A DNA stretch of 64,000 bases, from NCBI GenBank assembly GCA_035499735.1, contig DATJYC010000050.1, positions 658 through 64,657 on the forward strand, in the 5' to 3' direction. Position 1 is the first letter of the stretch. Every line of letters begins with the position of its first letter. Below the pieces are notes generated by a model. The model was not told where the DNA came from. It did not search any database and worked only from the letters and a program-made list of their open reading frames with translations. A program made the position numbers and the translations under genes. This stretch comes from Burkholderiales bacterium (GTDB lineage Bacteria > Pseudomonadota > Gammaproteobacteria > Burkholderiales > SG8-39). Positions 44,875 to 52,193 of the stretch are shown piece after piece.

Positions 44875-44875
<1 letters not shown>

Positions 44876-46119
44876 CAAACGGTCATCTCGAGGACGTATA
44901 GCCCGCCTGCGAAACGGTCGACGGTATACACGAGCCGCCGGTCGTCGACGTAGACGTCGTTCAGCTGGATCGAGCCGGCCTTCGAGAGCTTCGGCGCCGG
45001 GGGAACGTAGTAGGCGATCTCCTCGGGCCGGTAGGGGTTGCTCACGTCGAAGGCGCGCACGCCGCCGCCGAAGAAGGTGCCGACGATGATGCTCTCGGAG
45101 CGCCACGAGCCCGGCACCGGCAGGTTCTCGTGCAGGTTGTGCGCGCCGAAGCGCCCTCCGTTCTTCGCGAAGGTCGCGACGGGCGGCAGCGGGCAGGTGC
45201 TGATCGGGACGAGGTTCGTCTCCATGCGCGCGTCGACCACCCACACGAGCTTCGGCCAGTCCTTGCCGTCGGTGTAGGTGCACTCGTCGCTGACGATGAG
45301 CAGCTCGGGTCCGAATAGCGGGAGCACCGTGTGGGTGAAGCCGGTGTAGGGCGGCGAGTAATGCCAGCGCGAAACGAGCTTGGGGTGAGCCTTGTCCGCG
45401 ATGTCGAGGATGACCGCGCCGCCGGAGATGTAGCCGATGTAGGCGCGGTCGGGCCTCTGCGGAAAGACGTTGGTGTTGTGCGCGCGGTAGCCCGAGTCGA
45501 ACTTCGGGTGGCGCGCGAGCGGCGGCACCGCGTCGCCGACGCGCGTGCCGGGCAGCCACCAGCGCCCGATCTCCTCGGGCTTTGCGGGTTTGCGCACATC
45601 GACGATGCGGTAGAACTGGTCATCGGACGGATGCGTCGGCTCGAAGTCCGCCGCGCCCGAGGCCATGTGGACGTACTCGCCGTCGACGAACCACACGGCG
45701 TGCACGCCGCGCGAGTGCGGACCCGAGGCGTCGAAGTGCGAGATCAGCTTCGGCTGCTCGGGCTTCGCGATATCGAACAGGTCAAAGCCCGCGGGCTTCG
45801 TGTTCACCGCGCTCGTCTGGTAGGCGACCGCCATCACGTCGCCGACCACGTCGAGGGAATTCGAGCGCACCTTCGCATGCGGCAGCTCGGTCTGCACCAC
45901 CAGCTTCGGGTTCTTCGGGTCGGTGACGTCGACCGCGGTGAAGTTCTTGGGCGCGGATTCGTGCGCCATCCACAGGATCCGGCGGCCGTCCTTGGCGAGC
46001 TGCATGCCCATGCCCTCGCCGATCCCGCCGAAGCCCGCAAGCTCATGGTGCGACAGGAGCTTCATGTTGAGCGAGAGCGCCCGGTCGGGGCGAGCGGTTC
46101 CGGAGAGCGTGGAGGCCAT
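44875..46119 (-). CDS. LVIVD-repeat beta-propeller protein of unknown function (no signal peptide)
   Basis: At least five repeats of the h-D-h-x-(D/K/N)-P-x-x-P-(K/E)-h blade motif (FTAVDVTDPKNPKLV, FDLFDIAKPEQPKLI, YRIVDVRKPAKPEEI, VILDIADKAHPKLV, VRAFDVSNPYRPEEI). Start taken at ATG 46119; its stop overlaps the cobW-like start by 1 nt. Confidence 0.7.
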
Positions 46120-46210
46120 CTTGTGTCCTGTGGAATGGAGGGAGCGCTGCGAAGGCGTAATACTAACGCCTCGGGTACACTTTTTAGAAAACGACTCGAA
46201 GGAGGGGACC

Positions 46211-47194
46211 ATGAAGAGGCTGCTCGTCTTCGTCTTCGGATTGACCGGGGCGCTGCTCGCCGGCTCATTCGCGACTGAGGCGCTCGCTCAGGCGTATCCC
46301 AGCAAGCCGGTGAAGCTCATCGTGACTTATCCGCCCGGGGGAAGCTCGGACCTGATGGCCCGGGTGTTCGGCCAGAAGCTCGGGGAAATCTGGGGTCAGA
46401 CGGTGATCATCGAGAGCAAGCCCGGCGCGGCGGGCTCGATCGGCATGGAATACGCGGCGCGCCAGCCGAACGACGGCTACAGCTTCGTCGTCGGCAACAT
46501 CGGGCCCGCGGCGGTCAACCCTCTTCTTTCCAAGGTACCCTACGACGTCGAGCGCGACTTCGTCGCGATCTCGCTCATCGCGACCGGCCCGAACGTGCTC
46601 ATCGTCCATCCCGGCGTGCCGGCAAGGTCCCTGCGCGAGCTGACCGACTACGCGAAGTCCGCCGGCGCAGGCAAGCTCAATTACGGCACCAGCGGACCGG
46701 GCAGCATCTCGCACCTGGCCGGCGCCATGTATCTGAACCTGACGGGCGTCAAGGCCACCGAAGTGCCCTACAAGGGCGGGATCCTCGGCGTGCAGGATCT
46801 CGTCGCGGGACACATCCAGTACATCTTCTCCGATTCGCTGCCGGCGATGCAGTTCATCAAGGCGGGGCGCGCCCGCGCGCTGTGCCTGACCGGCGCCGAG
46901 CGCAGCCCGATCATGCCGGACCTGCCGCCCTGCGCGGAGGCGGTGCCGGGACTGGTGGCCGTCAACTGGTGGGGCGTGTACATGCCGGCCGGCGTGCCGA
47001 AGGCGATCACCGACAAGTTCCACGCGGACCTCGTCCGGGTGATGCGGGACGAGGAGGTGAAGCGGAAGTTCGCCGACCTCGGGGTCGAGGCCGTCTACAG
47101 CACGCCCGAGCAGTTGGTCTCGTTCATGAAGTCCGAGACGGCGAAGTACGCGAAGCTGATCAAGGACGCGGGGATCAAGGTCGAGGGCCAGTAG
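46211..47194 (+). CDS. Tripartite tricarboxylate transporter substrate-binding protein (Bug/TctC family)
   Basis: Signal peptide MKRLLVFVFGLTGALLAGSFATEALA, then PVKLIVTYPPGGSSDLMARV...ESKPGAAGSIG...YGTSGPGSISHL. GGAGG precedes ATG 46211. Confidence 0.9.
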   Translation: MKRLLVFVFGLTGALLAGSFATEALAQAYPSKPVKLIVTYPPGGSSDLMARVFGQKLGEIWGQTVIIESKPGAAGSIGMEYAARQPNDGYSFVVGNIGPAAVNPLLSKVPYDVERDFVAISLIATGPNVLIVHPGVPARSLRELTDYAKSAGAGKLNYGTSGPGSISHLAGAMYLNLTGVKATEVPYKGGILGVQDLVAGHIQYIFSDSLPAMQFIKAGRARALCLTGAERSPIMPDLPPCAEAVPGLVAVNWWGVYMPAGVPKAITDKFHADLVRVMRDEEVKRKFADLGVEAVYSTPEQLVSFMKSETAKYAKLIKDAGIKVEGQ

Positions 47195-47720
47195 GGCCGC
47201 TCTCCAGCGCCGTTCTGAGCCGCGCTACCGCCTCGGCCGATTCCGCCGCGACGCGCTCGCGCACGCCGAAGTCGTCGAGGATCGCCGCGAGCAGATTGGG
47301 CATGTGGTAGGTGAGGACGCGCGTGAAGCGCGTGCCCCCGCCCTCGGGAGCGAGCGTGTAGGTCACCGTTCCGCCGCCGCGCGAGCCGACGTTCCTGCCT
47401 TCGATCGACCAGCGCACCGGCGCCTCGCGCGCCGTCACCGTCCAGGTCACCGTGCCGCGGTTGCCCGCGACGATGAAATCCTCGACGACGCTCTCGCCCA
47501 CCGCAAGCGGGTGGTCGGTCGCGCCGCGCACCGCGAGCGACGACGGATGCCAGCGCGGCCAGTTCGCCGGCGTGGTGACGTAGTCGAAGACCTGCTGCGG
47601 GGATCGCGCGATGATGATCTTGTTCTCGATGCGCGTATCGGGCGAAAGGGGCGGGGCGAACCACAGCGCAGCCGCGATTGCGACGATCGCCGCCGCCGCG
47701 ATGGCCAGGGCTCGTTTCAT
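47175..47720 (-). CDS. SRPBCC (START/Bet v1-like, polyketide-cyclase-type) protein with N-terminal membrane anchor
   Basis: 181 aa: hydrophobic N-terminus, then IIIARSPQQVFDYVTTPANWPRWHP, typical of SRPBCC ligand-binding proteins. ATGA overlap with the upstream gene. Confidence 0.7.
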   Translation of the reverse strand: MKRALAIAAAAIVAIAAALWFAPPLSPDTRIENKIIIARSPQQVFDYVTTPANWPRWHPSSLAVRGATDHPLAVGESVVEDFIVAGNRGTVTWTVTAREAPVRWSIEGRNVGSRGGGTVTYTLAPEGGGTRFTRVLTYHMPNLLAAILDDFGVRERVAAESAEAVARLRTALESGPTGPRP

Positions 47721-48616
47721 GAGCGCCTGCGCTTCCCGCGCGGTTTGCCCGCCATCTCCTCGAGCACCTTGCACACCGCGCCGGTGTCCTGCTTTCCGAG
47801 GCCCATCGCCATGGCGGCGTTGTAGATGGGAGCGCTCGCCGCGAAGAGCGGCGTCGGGCAGTCGAGACCGCGGGCGAAGTCACCGATGATGGTCATGTCC
47901 TTCTGCCACACCTCGTTCTTCATCGTCGCCTCGGAGTAGTCGCCCTTCACCATCATCGGCCCACGCACCTGGAACATGCGCGAGCCGCCCGCGCCGCCCG
48001 CGACGACCTTCAGGATCATCGCGGGGTCGAGCCCGGCTTTCATGCCGAGCACCATCGCCTCCGCCGCGGCGACGTTGTGGATCGCGACGAGCAGGTTAGC
48101 GACGAACTTCATCTTCGAGCCGGCGCCGAAGGGCCCGACGTAGAAGGCGGCGCTGGTGAAGCCCGGCAGCACCGCTGCGATCTTCCGGTATGCCGAACGC
48201 TCGCCGCTCACGTAGATGAGGAGGTCCTTCGCGCGCGCCTGGGCGCCGGTGCCGCTCAAGGGGCAGTCGAGGAGGATCACGCCGCGCCTTGCGAGCGCGT
48301 CGCGCGCGGCTGCCTTCGCCTCGATCGGCAGGGTGCTCGTCTCCACCACTACGGTGTGGCGCTTCGCCGATCTTGCGAGCTCGGCGGCGACCTCGGCGAG
48401 GGCGCGCGCCGAAGGTAGCGACGTGACGACGATGCCGGCGCGCCTCGCAACCTCGCGCACGGACTTCACGGGGACGCCCCCGGCGCGCTTATGGGCCCGG
48501 CGCGCCCCGGGGGCCACGTCGTAGCCGACGACGCGTATTCCCGCGCGCAGGAGGTTGTACGACATCGCCGAGCCCATGATGCCGAGGCCGATCATTCCGA
48601 CGGTCTGCTGCGCCAT
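47717..48616 (-). CDS. NAD(P)-dependent beta-hydroxyacid dehydrogenase (3-hydroxyisobutyrate / tartronate-semialdehyde reductase family)
   Basis: VGMIGLGIMGSAMSYNL Rossmann motif; DCPLSGT; GAGSKMKFVANLL. Confidence 0.85.
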   Translation of the reverse strand: MAQQTVGMIGLGIMGSAMSYNLLRAGIRVVGYDVAPGARRAHKRAGGVPVKSVREVARRAGIVVTSLPSARALAEVAAELARSAKRHTVVVETSTLPIEAKAAARDALARRGVILLDCPLSGTGAQARAKDLLIYVSGERSAYRKIAAVLPGFTSAAFYVGPFGAGSKMKFVANLLVAIHNVAAAEAMVLGMKAGLDPAMILKVVAGGAGGSRMFQVRGPMMVKGDYSEATMKNEVWQKDMTIIGDFARGLDCPTPLFAASAPIYNAAMAMGLGKQDTGAVCKVLEEMAGKPRGKRRRS

Positions 48617-48642
48617 CCTCGTTTGCTCCTTCTCCATTCTAT

Positions 48643-49119
48643 CTACGCCCGGCACTTGAGCGGCAGCCAGCCCGGCGGAAGGCTGGTCCGGTTCTCGCCC
48701 TTGACGGTCATCTTGTCCGGGGGCGTCGCGAAGCCGCACACCCAGGTCACGGGCACGATGGGCGCGTCGGTGACCACGGCCGGCCGCAGCGTGAGGACCT
48801 TGCCGAGGATGGCGCGGTTCGCGTGGTTGCCGAACGTGATGTGGATGGCGCCGGCCTCGATCGCCACCGAGCTGATGTAGTTGTTGACGATCTTGTCGGC
48901 GACCGGCAATCCGGCGGCCGCGTTGTCCGACGGGAAGGTCTGCAGCAGGGCCCATTGCAGGGCGACCGGCGGCTTGGCGATGTCGGCGAGCGGCAGGGCC
49001 TCGGCGATCTGGTCGCGGATAGCCTTGTCCTGGTAGGTGGGGATCGCGAGCAGCGCCAGGATGGCGACGATCCCGACCACCACCATCAATTCGAGGAGAG
49101 TGAACCCGCGGTGTCTCAA
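48643..49119 (-). CDS. Type IV (PilA/PilE-like) pilin precursor
   Basis: Class III signal M-R-H-R-G | FTLLELMVVVGIVAILALLAIPTYQD with Glu5. C-terminal Cys...Cys loop (WVCGF...27 aa...LKCRA). The only plausible start is TTG 49119-49117, overlapping the upstream TGA (TTGA). Confidence 0.8.
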   Translation of the reverse strand: MRHRGFTLLELMVVVGIVAILALLAIPTYQDKAIRDQIAEALPLADIAKPPVALQWALLQTFPSDNAAAGLPVADKIVNNYISSVAIEAGAIHITFGNHANRAILGKVLTLRPAVVTDAPIVPVTWVCGFATPPDKMTVKGENRTSLPPGWLPLKCRA

Positions 49120-49988
49120 AAGCCGTACAGCCGCGCCGGGTTGTCGACCAGGATCTTCCTGCGGATCGCGGCGTCGGGCGCCCACACCGGCAGCTGGTTG
49201 AGCAGCCGCCCGTCGTCGATCCGGAAGAGCGGCGTCACCTGCGTCGCCGGCGCGCCGGAGGAGGAGTTCGGGTGCGGCCAGTCGCTGCCCCACACGATGC
49301 GGTCGGCGTTCGTGGCGATCAGCGCCCTGGCGAGCGGCGCGGTGTCGGGGTAGTCGGGCGCCAATTTCGATGCGCGGTAGGCGCCGGAGATCTTCACGTA
49401 GGCCTTGCCCGAGGAGACGAGCTCGACGAGGTCCTTGAATCCGGGCTGCTCGACGCCGAGGGCGCCTTGAGCGCCGCCGAAATGATCGAACACCGCAGGA
49501 ACGGGCGAAGCGAGCACGAGATCCTTGATCGAGGAGATCACCGCGAGGCTCGCGTACATCTGCACGTGCCACCTGCGCTTCTGCACGCGCTCGACCGCCG
49601 CCTCGAAGCGCTTGCGCGCGATCGAGGGGTCGTTGACGCCGCCGGTGGCGAGATTCAAGCGTATGCCGCGCACGCCCGCCTGGTGCATGGCGTCGAGCGT
49701 GGATTCCTGAGTCTTCTCGTCGATCACGGCGACCCCGCGCGCGTCCTTGCCGCGGACCTTCATCCCGTAGAGCGTGGCCGAGTTGTCCGTGCCATAGACG
49801 CTCGGCGTGACGATCACGACGCGCCGGATATGAAGAGCCTCGTGCAGCGCGGCCATTTCTTCCGGGAGCGCGGTTTCGGGCGTGTACGCGCGTCCCGGGA
49901 AGAAAGGAAAGGTCTCCGGGTCGCCGTGGATGTGAGTGTGACAATCGCAGGCGCCGGCGGGGACGTCGAAATTCACCGGCGTTCTCAT
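49116..49988 (-). CDS. Amidohydrolase_2 family metal-dependent hydrolase (LigI / lactonase-like TIM barrel)
   Basis: DCHTHIHG N-terminal metal motif, VIVTPSVYG, DHFG, GSDWPHP, the COG3618/LigI-like pattern. Start at ATG 49988. Confidence 0.8.
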   Translation of the reverse strand: MRTPVNFDVPAGACDCHTHIHGDPETFPFFPGRAYTPETALPEEMAALHEALHIRRVVIVTPSVYGTDNSATLYGMKVRGKDARGVAVIDEKTQESTLDAMHQAGVRGIRLNLATGGVNDPSIARKRFEAAVERVQKRRWHVQMYASLAVISSIKDLVLASPVPAVFDHFGGAQGALGVEQPGFKDLVELVSSGKAYVKISGAYRASKLAPDYPDTAPLARALIATNADRIVWGSDWPHPNSSSGAPATQVTPLFRIDDGRLLNQLPVWAPDAAIRRKILVDNPARLYGF

Positions 49989-50083
49989 GAGCAGACCGGG
50001 AGTGTACGCCACGTCCGTTTCGGATGCCGCTCGAAAATACGCTACCATCCCGCCCTCGGCACGCACAGGCAGGCAGAACAACA

Positions 50084-52189
50084 GTGGCACGGTTCCTGGT
50101 CGGGGTAGACATCGGCGGCACCTTCACCGACTGCGTGGTGCTCGACCGCCGGGGGCGAATCACCGCCACCAAGGCTTCCTCGACGCCGCGCGATTTTGCC
50201 GAAGGCATGCTCGCCGCCATGCGCGTCGCCGCCGAGCGCCTGGGTTTGTCCTTCGAGCAGTTCTGCCGCGAGGTCGACGTTCTTACCCACGGAACGACCG
50301 TCGGCACGAACGCGCTGATCCAGCGGAAGGGCGCGAAGGTCGGCCTCATCACCACGCGCGGGCACGAGGACGCCATCCACATCATGCGCGGCTCGCGCGG
50401 CGTTTCCTCGCGCGACATCGCCAAGGTCGTGCACTTCCCCTCGAGCCAGAAGCCTTCGCCGATCGTCCCCAAGCGGCTGATCGAGGGCGTGTCCGAGCGC
50501 GTCGACTGCTTCGGCGAGATCGTGGTGCCGCTGAACGAGGACGAGGCCGAGGCCGCGATCCGGCGCCTCGTGTCCCAGGGCGTGGAGGCGATCGCGGTCT
50601 GCTTCCTGTGGTCGTTCAAGAATCCGGCGCACGAGCGGCGCGTGAAGGCGATGATCCGCAACCTCGCGCCGCAGCTCTTCGTGTCGTGCTCGGTCGACAT
50701 CGCGCCCAAGTGGGGCGAGTACGAGCGCACCACGGCCACGGCGCTGAACGCCTACATCGGGCCGGTGATGGCGAAGTACCTCGGCAACCTCGACCGCCAG
50801 TTGAAGGCCTCGGGCTACGCCCAGCCGCTGCAGATCACGCAGTGCGGCGGGGGCTCGATCTCGGTCGATCACGCGATGGAGTCGCCTCTCCTCACGCTCG
50901 ACTCGGGTCCGGTGTCGGGCGTCACCGGGTCGCTGTACCTGGGCAAGCTGATGGGCGTGCCGAATATCATCACCACCGACATGGGCGGGACCTCGTTCGA
51001 CGTCGGCATCATCCACGGCGGGCAACCGGAATATTCGTTTGTCTCGAACGTGGTGCAGTACGAATACTTCCTGCCCAAGGTCGACATCCAGGCGATCGGC
51101 TCGGGCGGGGGCTCGCTCGCCCGCGTCGACGCCGCATCCAGGTCGCTGAGCGTAGGCCCGGAGTCCGCCGGTGCGGACCCGGGACCGGCCTGCTACGGCA
51201 AGGGCGGGACGGTCGCCACCGTCACCGATGCCGACGTGGTACTCGGTTATATCAATCCCGATAATTTCCTCGGCGGCCGCATCACGCTCGACAAGAAGAA
51301 GTCGGTCGAGACCGTGCAGCGCGTCGCGGACGGCCTCGGGCTGTCGCTCTTCCAGGCGGCGGCGGGGATCGCGCAGATCGCCGAGTTCAAGATGGCCGAC
51401 ATCATCCGCAAGATGACCGTCGAGAAGGGATTCGATCCGCGCGACTTCGTGCTCTTCGCCTTCGGCGGCGCCGGGCCGGCCCACGCCGGTGTGTTCGCCA
51501 AAGAACTCGGCGTGCAGAAGGTCGTGATCCCGCAGAAGGAGATCGCCTCGACCTGGTGCGCGTTCGGCGCGGCCTCGGCCGACATTCTGCACGTCTACGA
51601 GCAGGTCGACATCCAGACGAGCCCCTTCGATGCCGATCGCATCAACACGATGCTCGCGGGGCTCGAAGCGAAAGCGAACGCCCAGATGGACAGGGACGGC
51701 ATCGACCGATCGCGGCGGCGCTTCGCGTTTTCCCTGGACATGCGCCACCGCGGGCAGATCAACGAGGTCGAGGTGATGCTTCCCGAGAAGCGCGTGAAGG
51801 AAGCATTCTTCGTGCCGCTGCGCCGGCGATTCACCGAACGCTACGAGCAGCTCTACGGCCGCGGCTCCGCCTACGCGGACGCGCGCCTGGAGATCGTGAC
51901 GCTGCGCCTGCGGGCGACCGCGGCGACGCCGCGCCCCAGGCTCTCCGCGTCGAGGAAGCTGAGCGCGAAGATCGATGCGAAGGCGAGGCACGGAAAGCGC
52001 AGCGTATACTGGGCCGAGCCGAGGAAAAGCGTCGCGACGCCCATCTACGACGGCGCGCACCTCGTGCCCGGGAATGCGATCAAGGGGCCGGCGGTGGTCG
52101 AGACGACCGACACGACGGTGGTCGTGCACCCCGGGCGCACGCTCAAGGTCGACAAGTTCGGCAATTTCGAAATCGTGTTCGGAAAGTAA
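50084..52189 (+). CDS. Hydantoinase/oxoprolinase A-type subunit (HyuA; acetone-carboxylase beta-like, ATP-binding)
   Basis: FLVGVDIGGTFTDCVVLD, GTTVGTNALIQRKG, TTDMGGTSFDVG. Start is uncertain: GTG 50084 gives a canonical N-terminus, and ATG 50024 is the alternative. Confidence 0.88.
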   Translation: MARFLVGVDIGGTFTDCVVLDRRGRITATKASSTPRDFAEGMLAAMRVAAERLGLSFEQFCREVDVLTHGTTVGTNALIQRKGAKVGLITTRGHEDAIHIMRGSRGVSSRDIAKVVHFPSSQKPSPIVPKRLIEGVSERVDCFGEIVVPLNEDEAEAAIRRLVSQGVEAIAVCFLWSFKNPAHERRVKAMIRNLAPQLFVSCSVDIAPKWGEYERTTATALNAYIGPVMAKYLGNLDRQLKASGYAQPLQITQCGGGSISVDHAMESPLLTLDSGPVSGVTGSLYLGKLMGVPNIITTDMGGTSFDVGIIHGGQPEYSFVSNVVQYEYFLPKVDIQAIGSGGGSLARVDAASRSLSVGPESAGADPGPACYGKGGTVATVTDADVVLGYINPDNFLGGRITLDKKKSVETVQRVADGLGLSLFQAAAGIAQIAEFKMADIIRKMTVEKGFDPRDFVLFAFGGAGPAHAGVFAKELGVQKVVIPQKEIASTWCAFGAASADILHVYEQVDIQTSPFDADRINTMLAGLEAKANAQMDRDGIDRSRRRFAFSLDMRHRGQINEVEVMLPEKRVKEAFFVPLRRRFTERYEQLYGRGSAYADARLEIVTLRLRATAATPRPRLSASRKLSAKIDAKARHGKRSVYWAEPRKSVATPIYDGAHLVPGNAIKGPAVVETTDTTVVVHPGRTLKVDKFGNFEIVFGK

Positions 52190-52193
52190 GCCC

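Noticed and set aside
50084-50100. TGGCACGGTTCCTGG resembling a sigma54 -24 element upstream of or within hyuA
   Set aside because: The -12 element (TTGC, five nt after TGGCAC) is absent, because CTGG is found there. The sequence also overlaps the likely GTG start codon.
48643-50739. 698-aa ORF (and the 888-aa ORF at 59396-62062) apparently fusing several genes
   Set aside because: Only the C-terminal parts are real (the pilin and the LivK-like protein, respectively). The upstream portions read through neighbouring genes in the wrong frame. The real starts are TTG 49119 and ATG 60788, the latter with a strong AGGAGG.
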